Made by a program: the position numbers and the translations under genes
Notes under the pieces: model-generated
The model's database searches: none
What the model was told of the DNA's origin: nothing
Seen by the model: only the letters and a program-made list of their open reading frames with translations
Shown: positions 17,125-36,710 of the stretch, piece after piece
Layout of the letters: each line of letters opens with the position of its first letter
Position numbering within the stretch: the first letter of the stretch is position 1
Origin: the human T2T-CHM13v2.0 reference genome, Homo sapiens
Direction: 5' to 3' (one strand)
DNA: 64,000 nt
NCBI RefSeq assembly: GCF_009914755.1
Contig: NC_060933.1

Positions 17125-17470
17125 GTAAATTTAAATTCCAATGAGTTACTATTTATTCACCCATCAGATTGGCAAAGATGGAAAAACTAATAACACGTGT
17201 TAGCCAAGAGTGTGGAAAAATGTGCACCTTCACACATTGCTGAAGACAGCACAAAATCACATAACCTCTGTGTAAGGTAATTTGACAAAATCTATCAAAA
17301 TTTTAAACGTACCTTTTAACAGCAAGTTTATTTCTAGTAATTTAGCTTACAGATATTCTCCCACAAAATGATATATGTATGATGGTAATATTTGCAACAT
17401 TGTTTGTAATACCAAAAGCTTGCAAACAACATATATGTCAATCTAAATGAAACTGGTCTAATAATATATG
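17125..17470 (+). mobile_element. L1ME-like fragment
   Basis: cacccatcagattggcaaagat...ggtaatttgacaaaatctatcaaaatt. Confidence 0.65.
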
Positions 17471-17473
17471 ACA

Positions 17474-17786
<313 letters not shown>

Positions 17787-17813
17787 CCAAACATATTTCG
17801 ACAATTGATTCTA

Positions 17814-18845
<1,032 letters not shown>

Positions 18846-18859
18846 GTTATGTGCCATTA

Positions 18860-19302
<443 letters not shown>

Positions 19303-19894
19303 TTAAAAACGGGTCTCAGAGCTGAATGAAAAGATCTTTGTGGTTCCGTGGAGACTTTTAACGCCACACTCTTTCAATTTAGGAGACAGCCTTCCTGGGC
19401 ATCTACAGCAGGGCCCAGTGCAACGCTGTGAGCTACAATGGGCAGCCACAGGGATGCACCAAGCAGTCTTTGTCAAAATTGACTAATGCAATCTCCTCTT
19501 TTGCTTCAGACATTGAGTCCTAACCACTATTTGTCATCACCTAAACCGTTGGTAGTTTCTCAAAATTTTTCCCTGTTTAACACATCTGAAGGAAATAATA
19601 CACCTCTGTATGTAAAGTGGCCCTTATTATATCAGTGATTGGGGAGGCAGAGGATGCTGGGATTTTCAGAGGGAAAAGGCATTCCCTGGCAAAGAATGTT
19701 AGGATGCTGTGGAGAAAGAAGGGAGGATTAACATTTTTAAAAAGTCGCCTGGGTGATTCTGCTATACCTAGGTAGAAAGGCATTCCTCCCTCTGTCCCAT
19801 GCTACAGGGGAGAATCAATATTGTTCCAAATACAAAATTTTAACCCTATAGGTCATCCAGTGTGACACTAGCCACCTACTCATGGTAATCGCTA

Positions 19895-20232
<338 letters not shown>

Positions 20233-20628
20233 AAATCTTGAGACTTTACAAGTCCCAAATCCATATCCCATGAGGGCATTTGCAAACATAATGTTAAATT
20301 TCTTAATGTTGTGCCTACCCTCTGACCCAGTAAGTCTACTTCTGGGCATTAAATCTAAAAGAAATGGAAATAATCCATACAGAAAGAGCTTTATTGACAA
20401 AGCTCTATAAGGAATTACATATAATAATGAAATTACATATAAGAATTTTCATTAATTTACATATAATAAAAAAATGAAGTAGACTAAATTCATAGGAAGA
20501 AAGTGATACGAGCTGCTCTGTGTACATCAACTCATCTAACCTATTTAATTCTCACAACAACCCAGTGAGGTTGGTATTATTTTTATTTTATGTATTTATT
20601 GTTTTACAGTTAGGGATTCAAGGCACTG

Positions 20629-20712
20629 TGTAGCAAATACTGATTATAGTTTTATGCATATAAATTTTGCATAAATTATATATACATAAAACTATAATCA
20701 GTGTTTGCTATA
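20629..20712. repeat. Inverted repeat (34-bp arms, 84 nt total)
   Basis: tgtagcaaatactgattatagttttatgcatata pairs with tatatacataaaactataatcagtgtttgctata at 31/34 positions. Confidence 0.9.
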
Positions 20713-21689
20713 ATACAAATTTATGCAAATTTATAAATATAATTATTAATAACTTGTGTAACAGAAAAATTATTAGGTGGCAATATTAAGTGGAAAAACA
20801 AATGGATGATATAATATCAGTTATATAAAATATGCATTAAAAAGGACTTTAAAACATATTAAAATGTTATCAACAGCTATCCTTGGATGGTGAGTTACTT
20901 TCTTCTTTCTGCTTTTCTATATTCTGTAAACTGTCTATATTAAGAATGACTGATTTTTAATTTTAGTAAAAATAAAACAAATTGTTTAAGAGTTACCTTC
21001 ATATACATTAAGACATTATAGTGAATATCCCTGGGTAAGTGGAATTGTGGAGTCTGTTGTTCTTTGTAGTTTCATGTTTTCCAGTGATAAATATTCATTA
21101 TTTTTGAGAAAAAGGAAAAAACTAATAAAAGAAACATTTTAAAAAGAAATGTCACTTTGGACCATGTCAATTCAATAATTCATTCAAAGCATTTAGGGTT
21201 GCCTTCCCTACCCCCTTGCCACCCAACTCTTTGTAACTTAAAATAAAAGGCCATTATCCATTTTGCCTCATAGAAAGCCATTTCTTGCAGGATTGTAAAC
21301 CACAAACAACGGGAAGACACACTCACTGAGCTGTGCATTTGCAAAATGCATGCAGTCAGGAGTTAGTATGAGCAATGTTTCTCTAAGAGGAACAATGCAC
21401 ATAACTCCCTCCTGCAGAAATGTTTTACCAGTGCCTCATAAATGTGGGCTCAATGTAACTGAGGACAAAAGAAATCTTCAGGTCCTTTGAAAGAGCATTC
21501 AGCTTTCAGAAGCCAACAGAGAGAGTTCAAAAAGTTCCAAAAATAAGAATCTTCCATAAGATATCCTCATTCCCAGCCAGTGAGGTGCAGTTTCTGTGGC
21601 AGAGGAAAGAGAGCAGATTCTGGAGTCACAGTCCTGTCATTTATCCCACCAAGAAACAGGTAGATCTTCGACTTCCGTCCTTCCTCAGT

Positions 21690-22395
21690 AGAATCTTAGC
21701 CCAAGACCCCGTCATCTCTCACTTGGATTGTTGACATGTCCACCTTGCTTTTCTCAGCACTTCCACTCTTTCATCTTTCTAACCTTTTTCTTTACAGAAA
21801 AGCCAAAGTGATTATTTAAAAAAATAAATTAGAGCATTTTGCCTCCTGTTTGAAACCCTTGAAGACTGACCCATTCCATCACAAATAAAATGTATATTCC
21901 TCTTCATAGTTAAGAAATCTGATAGGACTAGAGCTGCCTTCTCTCCACTGTCATCCTGGGCCTCTGTGACCTCACCAGCGTTCCTGCAGCTATATTGGAG
22001 TATTTTCGGTTCCTTGGGTACATTGAGCTTCTTCCCACTTCTGAGCCTTTAAACCAGCTGTGTGCTCTACTTGGAAGAACTCTGCCTTCTCCTTTTATGG
22101 TTTCAGCTAAATTTCAGCTCCCTTGAAAGGCCTGTCTGACCACCCAATCTAAGTAGTTCTCCTCCTCCCAACCCTGCCCCCAATATTCTCTACCATTGCA
22201 CCCAATCATTTCCTATACAGCACTTGTCACAACTTAAAATCGTGCATTTCTACCTTTGTTTACTTGCTTATTGTCTGCTATCCAGAGTGTAAGATTCATA
22301 TCTGGTTTATTCACCACTGTATTACTTTCAGTGTGACTCCAGAATAATGCCTGGCACTTAATAGCTGTTTAAAAAAATGTTGAATGAATTAATTA
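21690..22395 (+). mobile_element. L2 3' region
   Basis: Typical L2 end: tgcctggcacttaatag...tgttgaatgaatt. Confidence 0.75.
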
Positions 22396-22879
22396 ATTCA
22401 ACTGCTTATTTATAATGTGTCCTTGCATAGGTTTCTTGTCCTCTCTAGGATTCCGTTACTTCATCTGTGCAATGAGAATACTAATTCCCCATCTATAGAT
22501 AAATGTTTATAAAAGGTCAAGCACAGTAGCAGGTACAGAGAAAGCTCTCCTGAAACTAGCTTTTGTTATGAAGGCTACTATGGGCCGGACAGGTAATAGA
22601 GAAATCCCATTTTTATCTTGTGAACTGATATATGAGCTACTGGTGTTGTAAAAAGCACATAATGGGTCCTTGACAAATGTCTGATCGATGAATCAATTAC
22701 CAACTAAAAACTTTAAAATTCTAACCTATAAAAAGTTTACCACATGCACTGTTTATAACTTTTAAAATTGAATACAATTTAAATGTCCATCAATAGGAGA
22801 ACAGGGAAATAAGTCTGGTATATACATACAATAGAATTATGTCTCAACGTAGATTGGGCTATAAAAATTATTAGTTTAC

Positions 22880-23182
<303 letters not shown>

Positions 23183-23689
23183 TTATTAGTTTGTGACATA
23201 TAAAGATGAAATGACCAAAGCATAAGGAAAAGAGAAACCTTAGCAATAAACAGGTGAATTTATTAAAAAAAAAATACAATCCAGTGTGTCCAGATTGGCT
23301 GTGAACTACCTTTAAATTCACAAAGGGAGCTTGGGATAAAATTAGCATTATTTTAAGAGTCAAGATCTGGCTTTTCTCATCTTGACTGTGGCATCAAGTA
23401 ACTACTAGATCTTGGGTAGGTCTCTGTCTCTCTCTGGGGCCTCATCTTCTAAAATGAAAGGCTTGGACTAGATGATTGTTAAAGTTCTGCCATTTTCTTA
23501 GAGTTTATCACTTCATCCACGATTCACAGCCCTCATTGTTAATTAACCATCATTTCCTCATTAACAATGGTGGTGGTTTATCTACATTGCTTAGTCTCAT
23601 GAAATAATTAGCAATACTCTATTTGGTGGTGGAAGAACTCAACTGGGGTCTACACATGCTGCAAATAAAGTATTACTATAACATTCTGA

Positions 23690-24034
<345 letters not shown>

Positions 24035-24162
24035 TAGAGCATGACCTCAAATAACTGCATATTAGACCTCCAAATTTAAAAATCCTAAATTTTCTAGGTT
24101 GCTGTTCTGCAGAGTAGTAATTCACTAAATAATTGTCAATTCTTACCAAGGACTTTATATGA

Positions 24163-24534
<372 letters not shown>

Positions 24535-24548
24535 TAATTACTCTGGAT

Positions 24549-24856
24549 TTTATTTATTTATTTACATATTTATTTATTTATTTTGAGACACAGTCTCACT
24601 CTGTTGCCCAGGCTGGATGTGATCTGAGCTCCCTGCAATCTCTACCTCCTGGGTTCAAGGGATTCTTCTGCCTCAGCCTCCCGAGTAGCTGGAATTACAG
24701 GCGCCCGCTGCCACACCTGACTAATTTTAGTATTTTTAGTAGTGACAGGGTTTCACAATGTGTCCAGTCTGGTCTCGAACTCCTGACATCAAGTGATCCA
24801 CCTGCCTCAGCCTTTCAAAGTGATAGGATTACAGGCGTGAGCCACCGCACCTGGCT
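24549..24856 (-). mobile_element. AluS
   Basis: Dimer; TSD aaataattactctgga. Confidence 0.96.
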
Positions 24857-24859
24857 AAA

Positions 24860-25745
<886 letters not shown>

Positions 25746-26071
25746 GAAGAGGGAAATGCTCAGTGAAATGGGGCAGAGAAATCAGGTCTTCCACGCATAG
25801 ATAGAAATTTGAGCCTCTCTTCATAGATGTTCCAAGCCCTCCTCTTTTTTTAATGCTTACTTGTGCTATTCCCTCTCCCCTCATCTGAGTACCAGCTTAA
25901 CTCTTCTTGGAGGCCAACAGACTCCAATTCCCCATGTGAATCTCAGAGCAAGCACCCAATTGATTCTACAAAGCCTCTATAACTTCCTCTTCTGGCTCAT
26001 GATCCAGTCATTATTAAGTCTAGATACTATGGAAGACTTACATCCATCCCTTTCACCATTCCTGTTCATTC

Positions 26072-26674
<603 letters not shown>

Positions 26675-26751
26675 TCCTGTTCGTTCTTAACACTCCCACA
26701 GTTTTCCAACTGATTAAGGATCTCACAAGAAATGATATAAGAAAGAGAAAT

Positions 26752-27066
26752 GGCCGGGCTTGGTGGCTTAAGCCACTGTGAGTGTTGGGAGGCTGAAGCG
26801 GTCAGATCACATGAGACCAGGAGTTCAAGATTAGACTGGACAACACGGTGAAACCCTGTCTCTACTAAAAATACAAAAATTAGCCCGCCGTGGTGATGCA
26901 TGTCTGTAATCCCAGCTACTCAGGAGGCTGAGGCACAAGAATCACTTGAACCCAGGAGGCGGAGGTTGCTGTGAGCTGAGATCATGCCACTGCACTCCAG
27001 CCTGGGCCACAGGGCTAGACTCTGTCTGAAAAAAAAAGCAAAAAAAAAAAAAAAAAAAAAAAAAAC
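26752..27066 (+). mobile_element. AluS
   Basis: Dimer; TSD agaaagagaa. Confidence 0.95.
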
Positions 27067-27847
27067 AGAAAGAGAACTGGAAAGTTCTGTTTTGCAACAG
27101 TAAAAATTATAACCAGTCCAGAAACACAAAATATATGTTCTAAATTTCTTATACAGAGGTAGGGAAACTGATGTTTAATCACAACATTAGATCAATGATG
27201 ACCTACTACTTTGCTCTTCCAGATAAATTTAAAAAATTAGCCTCTAACTTCAAGTATTCTCAGAGATCAAAACTTTGATATAAAAAGATGATTTAACCTT
27301 GTCAATTATAGGTTACCATGTGAATCTCTAGCTTGTAAAAACAGCAGGAACTTACATTTATCAGAGGCCATTTTATTTCAGCAAAAATCAAATTGCTTTA
27401 ATGAATTTATTTCACTGCACCCCAAACCATTTCTTGATGGCAAAAATAAGGCTTAGGTAGTAATCTTTAATTTTGTTGAGCCAACCTAGACACAGTTATC
27501 AAAGAGTGGTCTAAGGCTGCATAAGACAGCACAGAATTAATATCTCAAAACTTAAATCAGAAGTTGAACATGTGCTTCAGTCCTTTGCCTCTTAGACCAG
27601 GCTGCCTTTCAGTTTTCCAGTGTTTCCTAAGCTCTAACAAGAGTTTTTTAACTAGGAGAAGGAAAAAAGACGTTTTAAGAATCTTAAGGAAATATATGGC
27701 ATCTAAACCATCTATGATGAGGAAACGAAGGCCTCTCTAGGCCTTGCCCAATGTCATAGATATTGAGAAACAGAGCTAGGTATTATAAGTCCAGAACTTT
27801 TAATTCATTTTTCAAAATTTGTGGCTCTTACTATTTTTATAAAAAAT

Positions 27848-28070
27848 AATGCTTAACAGTTATTGAGTATGTATTAAACTGCCACTGTTATAAGCATTTA
27901 TTTGCATTAATTTATTTAATCCTATGATTACGTTCATTTTACTGACAAAAATACTGAGTATTAGAGAGAGTACATTTGCTTAAAGCTATGTAGAAAGTTA
28001 AGCAAAGGAGCCAAATTTTGAATCCATGTCTGCATGATTAAATCTAAATTCTTTGCAACTATGCAATGCT
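27848..28070 (-). mobile_element. MIR SINE
   Basis: ttattgagtatgtatta...ataagcatttatttgcattaatttatttaatcct. Confidence 0.6.
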
Positions 28071-29009
28071 GCCACAATGCCACAGAATTTAAGAATTTGA
28101 AGGAATTTCATTGATCATTCTTCTCAGGCTCCTCCACACCTCTGATACATAATGATCTACCTTTTGTTTGAATACCTAGTGATAAAAAGTTTACTATCTA
28201 AGAAGGCAGCTCTTTAATTTCAGGGCAGCCAAAACTTGCTTCCCTGAGCCTTCTACCCAATGGAGCAAGTTCTGGATAATAATGGAGCAGTGTCCCCAAA
28301 GGACTTCAGGAAAAACAGGAAAAAAAGAAATGGCAACTCCAAGTAAAGCCAGTTCAATTTATGTGGTCAATAGGCAAATTAGAAAGATACAACCTTTCTA
28401 GTTTTATATCTCTCTGATCTCATAGAGATATTAATCTAGCAACAATTCAAAGAAGATACTCCCATGTGTAAGGATAACTCTGAAGTCCTCAGGACCAGGA
28501 AGTAAATAGATGGCTCCCGTGCCATGAACAATTTGTAAACCCTGAATGAATACCTGTGGACATGTGGAAACTTTCTCAGTTGCAAGTCTCTGTAACAGCT
28601 TTAAGGCCACTTCCTGAGAAGAATCTGTCACTACAGTCTTCAAAAGCTCCAAAATTCACCAATTGGGAGTGGGTATTTTTTGAAAGACATTTGGCTTATA
28701 TTTAAAAATTAACTGAAACCTGCTGATGGGAGTAGGAAGACTCTGAAGGCTCATAATTACGAGATCCAAACTAAAAAAAAAAATCTACATTTTATCCTCA
28801 TCTTTTGTCTGGGGCTTCCTTTAGAGCCATTAATATGCCCATGATGGGGCTTAGAACAATGCTCAGATTGTGTGTAAATGTGTAATAGCACACAACAGAC
28901 CTGATAACACTGGAATTGGGAATTAATTTTACTCTTTTTCCAGTTGGGTTTTGAGGACCTTTGAAGGGTTTTGTCGAGAACAGAATAATTCCCAGTATGT
29001 AAAAGCTAA

Positions 29010-29290
29010 GTGGGTTGCTTAATAGTTACACAGTTTCTTTTGGGGAATAATGGGAAAGTTTTGGAAATACTGGCGATGGTTGCACAACATCGTGAAGTAA
29101 TTAATACCACAAAATTATACACTGAAAAATAGTTAAAATGATAAATTGTATATTATATATATCATTATATATATATATAGCCACAGCTAAAAAAGTAATG
29201 TATCAAAAACCATTGAACTGTACACCATAAATGGGTAAATTAAATGGTATATGAATTATATAGCTCAATAAAGCTGCTTAAAAAAAAAAC
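29010..29290 (+). mobile_element. L1MB-like 3' end
   Basis: gatggttgcacaacatcgtgaa...gaattatatagctcaataaagctg plus A-tail. Confidence 0.8.
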
Positions 29291-29399
29291 CCTAAATGAA
29301 ACCTTAGAAATTATTCAGTCATTAAACTTCATGTTATAGTTGAGGAAATAGAGGCCCAGAGTAGGGAAGGAACTCCATGGAGGCTGCAGATATTTTTCA

Positions 29400-29741
<342 letters not shown>

Positions 29742-29829
29742 TTAATTTTAATATTATGTATATATACTTTGCCACAATAAGGAAAAGTATTTTATTTATA
29801 TTTTGCCATACTTATATGCATCTTAATAA

Positions 29830-30135
<306 letters not shown>

Positions 30136-30770
30136 TTAATAAATCTTAATAAATAAAATTGTAAAATATGATTAACTTATTAAGATTTTCTTGATGTGCA
30201 GATAGATATCTTAAATAAAACATAGCTGACTAGCTTCTCTTTAATAATGTGCTGTGAGACAATTTGAACTCCAAGACCAAGAAGAGAAATCACAGTTCCC
30301 TAGGAAGAGAGGAAAACATGCTGACTTACACTCTCTTTTTGGGGCCTTCACAAAAGAACTCTTAGGTCTTTTGTCTTCAGTCCTTTGCCAGATGAGTGTT
30401 ACAAGATGCCAAATGTTATTGACCAAAAGGCCAATCACACCCCATGAACAACTTACACATCAATTTTCAGCCAGAAACTAAAGAGTTTGCGGACCAAGTG
30501 AAGAGTTGAAAAAACTTCCTTACTAATTCAAGAAAAAAAAAAAAAAAAAGAAAGAAAGAAAAAAAGAGAAATGTTTACATGGAAAAACTAGATGGAAAGT
30601 TTTACTAAAATTCCTGAGTTGTTTGACTAGCTCCCAAATACTTATCAGTAATGTCCCACTATATTTAAATGTAGAGGTCAATTGACAGATGCCTCATTAT
30701 TATTAAAAATTATCAAAGTGCCAATGTTTGAAAATCATTCATTTTTTTTTTAAAAAAGTAAATAATTTCT

Positions 30771-31094
<324 letters not shown>

Positions 31095-31619
31095 CTACAT
31101 AAAGCTGGGTCATTGCATGACCCAGCCCCTACTTAGAGTTGCATTCAGTGATTCAATATAAATACGACAAAATGAAATTATATATTTATCTCTACTCCCC
31201 CCTAAAACCCAGATAAAATGACATTAAATAAAAAAGACTTTTTGAAAACCCTACGAGAGTAAAGACAGTGGAAAAGGATAAACAAAGGATGACAGAGATC
31301 ATAGAACTGTTGGAAGATAAAAAGCAAATAGAGATACTTTTTCCTCAGTGACTTAGCAAACAAGAGCAAGTTTCAAACAAAGTTACTGAAAAGAAGAATA
31401 TAGATAATATGTGAAGTGATTTTTCCAGTGACTTCCCCAGGAAAGCGTCAGCATTTGGAAACAGCAGCCCACCACTAGAGAAGTTTGAAGTCTGGGGTAT
31501 ACTGATGGTAATAATAAGAACAAGAAAACCCAAACCCAGCTCAAGTCCTGATTAGATGATTCAATCCCCCAATACTAATGGTCTGACGGAAGAGAGGTGT
31601 ACATATATTCAGATATAAA

Positions 31620-32062
31620 TACTGTTACCTCAGTCTCTACTGTTCTACACATGATACCTGGCAGTCAATCAAAAATTATGAGGCCAAAAAGCAACAACAA
31701 CAAAAAACCCAAACAACTCATTAGTGGGAGATAAAATAATCAATAGAACCAGACTTAGAGATGACTCAGATATAGGAAATAATGGATACCAGAGAGATAA
31801 AAACTATAAGAGACAAATGGAAATATTAGAAATAAAATATATATCAGATATGATTAATTTCTTTGATTGGGCTTGTCAACTTAAGAATCAGTGACATTTA
31901 AAAAGGTCCATAGAAATTATTCAAGTGGAAATAGAGAGAAAGAAAACAAGTGAATTAAACAGAACAACGAATTCAAAAGCTGTGGGACAATATCCAGCAG
32001 TTTAACATACATGTCACTGAAATCACAGAATAAGAAGAGAGAGAAGAAGCAGAAAAAGAAGG
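31620..32062 (+). mobile_element. Old L1 ORF1-region fragment (L1M)
   Basis: A-rich ORF1-like: caatagaaccagacttagagatgactcagat..., ctgtgggacaatatccagcagtttaacatacatgt. Confidence 0.6.
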
Positions 32063-32619
32063 AAAGTGAGGGAGTGATGTCATTATATGTCTGGAAAAAG
32101 ATATCAGTGTAGAAGTACTCCTAGCCTCTCTAGTCCCTGGCAAAGAAGAATTCTCTTTGCCCACTGGTTTGGGCATTTCTTGTGATGAATTAGAGTAACA
32201 GGCAGAGATGAATTAGGTGCTTCCAAAATTAGCTTGATTTTATTTCCACTGGAAAGAGTTGGGATTTACTCGTGGGAAAAATAATATATTGAGAAAAAAG
32301 TAGTGATCTGAATTAAGAGAGCATTTGGAGAGGGATTTGGACAGAGGGAGGAAAGAGATAAGAGAAGTTGCTATGTTAGAGAGAGATAAATTGGGAAAGA
32401 GAAGGTTACATTCTGCCATGCCTTGTAAACTTAATCCTTTAATATAAATCAAGAGTTAAAAATTTAAATTTTATTTTAGCAAAGATTTAAATTACTTTCC
32501 GATTATTGGTTGTTGAACCAGTTGTTTGTTTTTATTTAGTTTTCTAGTTTTCAAAGAATATATGCATATAATTAATTAATTTTTAAATAATTAAATAAAT
32601 TTTTAAAAAATTAAATAAA

Positions 32620-33910
32620 TAAGGCTTACGAAGAAAAAACAGCAGTTCGTTTTGTCCTTCCTCCTACTGGTCCAATTTTGCTCCCCAAAGGCAATCACTT
32701 TTCTCTTTTATACCTTTATTGACGTCCATATTTTGAAATGATAAGCTCGTTTTTTATTGATTCATTCATTTTAGACATTATCTACTAACTTTCCAGAGTG
32801 GCAAGTGAATATTTAGGTTTATTTTACTTCCCTACTCAATTTCTGGGTTTTCCAACTTCCAAGTAGCCTCATATTATAATCTTTCGTTAAATCAATAGTC
32901 AATGTTTACTTAATTACAACTATAAACATTCTTTACCGCTGGGCCATGTGCTGTATTTTGATTATGATTCCTTTCTTATATATGTTGGGTTTTCTAAGGT
33001 TAAGCTTTAACTACTCAAATGCTCCAAATGGCTCGTAAATTCTTCTCAAATTCCCCAACAGATTTATAAAACCGCTCTTAATACTAATTTCCACATTAAA
33101 AAATAATCATAAAATCTCCCAGATCCAATTTTCTGGTTCTTTTCCTAGAAAACTCATTTTTAGGGCTTATCATTCTCCTTTTTCAATTAGGACTTGCTCT
33201 TTCTGCCTACCCCTACCCTGAGCTGTTTTCCTGGGACTTTCCTTTGGTTCATTCCTGAGTTGGATCATGTTTCCTGGTCTCACATCTCCCTCTTTCTTAA
33301 TTTATTCCTCTTTTTGGTGAAGCTCTTACTCCAGGGGCTTCCGGAGAAATGATGATTTTGAGGTAAATTAGTTTGTGTTTTTGCATGACTGGTAATGTCA
33401 TTTCTCTGCCCTCTTACTTGATTAACAATTTGGGTTTCAAAATCAGTGTTTAAAATCATTTTCCCTTAAAATTTTAAAGGTACTACTTCACTAAGTGCTG
33501 GAGTTTTTATTGAGAAACCCAATGCCATTTCTTGTTACTGGAGCACCTGGGGCCTGTTTTTCCCTCTTTTGACACTTTTAGAGTCATCTTTAGTCCTCGT
33601 ACTGCAAAGCTTAATAAGAGGGTGCCTGGGTTGGACCTTTTTTAATTCATTGTGTTGGGTTGTTAATGGGCTCTTTCAGTCTGGAAACTCTTGTCCTTCA
33701 GTTTTGGAATTTTTTTTTCTGTGGCATCTTTTATATTTTCCTTCCATGTATTTTTTCAGTTTGCTTTTCCTGGATGTCAGACTTCCTAAATTGATTCCCA
33801 AATTTTCTTATCATTTTTATAGTTTCTTTTCTAATGTCTTCTTTTCCACCCTTCTCTCTAAAAGATTTCAATTTTATCTTTCATATTTTCTATCAAATTC
33901 TCCATTTCAG
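32620..33910 (-). mobile_element. Old L1/HAL1-like fragment
   Basis: T-rich strand with aaatcattttcccttaaaattttaaagg...ttgagaaacccaatgccatt; highly diverged. Confidence 0.45.
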
Positions 33911-33912
33911 TC

Positions 33913-34483
33913 TGCAGGAAACAGTTAACATAGCAGGCCTAATACTGCTATCTCTAGGAGGTTTGGGAGATGGCCCCTGAGAACTTGGCCTCTGGTATGT
34001 TCCCTAAGCTTTGAAGTGATAGGGTTGTTTTTGTGCCTGCAACGCTGCATTCTGTACCAGCCTGCCTAGAGTGCATATGCAAATAACATGATTTATGATG
34101 AACACCTGCTTTCCTTCTGAGGGTATGGAACTTTGGTAACGTGGCTGGTTGCACAGGCAGAGAATACTTGAATGACCAGCATCAAAAACCCCGGATTCTG
34201 AGTCTTAAATGGTCTTACCTGGGTAGAAACACTGCATATGTGTCCCTGCATTTAACTGCTTCAGTGTGTTATGTGAGATAACCACTGCTCCACCCAGAGG
34301 AAAAACTTTGGAAGCCTGTGCTGGACTTGTCCAGACTCTGCCTGACGTGTTTTTCCCTTGTTGATCCTGTGTGTTCTTTTGTTGTAATAAACAAGAGCCA
34401 TGATTACAACTGTCTCTGAGTCCTGAGTCTTTCTAGAGAATCACTGAATGTGTGGATAGTCAAGGAAATGCCTCAAACTAACA
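33913..34483 (+). mobile_element. ERVL solo LTR (MER68/MER77-like)
   Basis: Begins tgcaggaaacagttaacatagcaggcct; internal gaacacctgctttccttctg; AATAAA at about 34386; near-TSD cagtc/cagtt. Confidence 0.78.
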
Positions 34484-34983
34484 GTTATCTCATATATATA
34501 CATATGTTATTTCTATGAATTCTATTTTGTTCTCTGGTAGCACCTCTTCTTAAAAAGCATAGCACTCTGCTCTTGTTTAAGGTATACAATATCTTCTCTT
34601 ACCTTGTGGAGAATTTTAATTCTACACTTTGTAGGTATTGCTCCATATGTTGCCTTTCGCTCCATCTACTTGGTTTTGGTCTCTCTCTTTAACGTTGGAG
34701 ACTTTCCTTATATATTTGGTGATGCCTGCTTGTCCATTCGTGGTTAATGATGAAGCACCAAAAAGCTGATGGAAGCTATGTTTGCATGGGTAGCTTGTTG
34801 AATGAGCAAACTGCCTTTCTTCATAGGGAGTGTCAGTATATAGAAGCTTTTCACCTGGGAATAGTTTCTCCAGAAAATAATTCTTTAATTTTCTACTTGT
34901 GAGGCACTTGCAGGGCTGCTGGGTTTTTATGACTAGAGTAGGCAGTGGTTTTAAAAAAATCTGGAGATATGTATACGGGACTC

Positions 34984-35425
34984 TCTTAGTTCATTTAGTG
35001 GTACTATATGGTGCTGTAACAGTATACCTGAGGCTGGGTAATATATAAAGAAAGAGTTTTTTGTTTTTTGTTTTTCTCACAATTCTAGTGGCTGGAAAGT
35101 CCAAGGGCACAGTGCTAGCATCTGCTTGGCTTCTGGTGAGGGCTTCATGTTACATCATAACATGGTGGAGATGTGAAGGGGAAGCAAGCATGCCAAAAGG
35201 ACCAAACATAAGGAGGAAACTTGTTTTATAACAGCCCGCTTTCCAGGGACCTAATCTAGTCTCAGGAGTGAGTACTCACTCCCAAGAGACAAGATGGCTT
35301 TAATCTATTCATGAAGAATCCAACCCCATGACCCAAGCACCTCCCCCTAGCCCCACCTCCCAACACTGCCACACTGGCAATTGAACTCTCTTGAGTTTGG
35401 TGGGGACAAAACACATCCTCTAGGG
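34984..35425 (-). mobile_element. MaLR LTR (MSTB/MSTC-like)
   Basis: ctgaggctgggtaatatataaag..., gcatctgcttggcttctggtgagggc, cccacctcccaacactgccacactgg. Confidence 0.85.
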
Positions 35426-35818
35426 CAGCCATTCCTCCCTAATCTGGCACAGCCCCTTCCCTCCTCCTTGTGGCCCAGGGATCATCTGCTTTCTACTCTG
35501 TCTATAGATTCTATACCCCTTCTTTTGCGCTGCTCCCACTCTCACCTCTGTCAGACAGGTTATGGAACAGGATGCAGTCTCCTTTGCTTCTGATTTTCTG
35601 CTCCCCCCAGAAAAGTCCCTTTTCCCCTAACTATTACTTCTAATGAAGTCAGGGAAATGGAAGGATGGCAAAAAATCACAAAGATGAGACCAGAACAGAG
35701 GTTTCTAAACTCTTACAACATTCTCAAAATTACTGTCCCTAATTTTTGTTCCCTAATTCTACTGTTGCACCCCACCCCCACTTTGCTGCCTCCTCCACCC
35801 CACACATGTTGTACTCTA

Positions 35819-36202
<384 letters not shown>

Positions 36203-36371
36203 CTACCACATACCCACACTCAAATTGAAATTCAAATTAAAGTCCTCTATAACTTGTTCACCCACCATTGTTAACATTTTGGTGTTATTTCTTTCCAGGC
36301 TTTCTTCTACTCAAAATGTTAGATTATGCCCATATATAAATCATATATTTTGCAAAACTGGGATTTTACTG

Positions 36372-36374
<3 letters not shown>

Positions 36375-36406
<32 letters not shown>
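36375..36406. repeat. (AT)16 microsatellite
   Basis: Seen directly. Confidence 0.95.
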
Positions 36407-36411
<5 letters not shown>

Positions 36412-36412
36412 A

Positions 36413-36710
<298 letters not shown>

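Noticed and set aside
19481-19557. Branch point, pyrimidine tract and CAG acceptor at 19509
   Set aside because: Only a weak donor (GTAGTT) follows and there is no coding signal; such motifs are common by chance.
28431-28652. 73-aa minus-strand ORF in unique sequence with an internal CAG/GTATTC
   Set aside because: No convincing acceptor and no recognisable homology; cannot be supported as an exon or pseudogene without a search.
32139-32161. Near-palindrome ggcaaagaagaattctctttgcc
   Set aside because: Too short to distinguish from chance in 64 kb.
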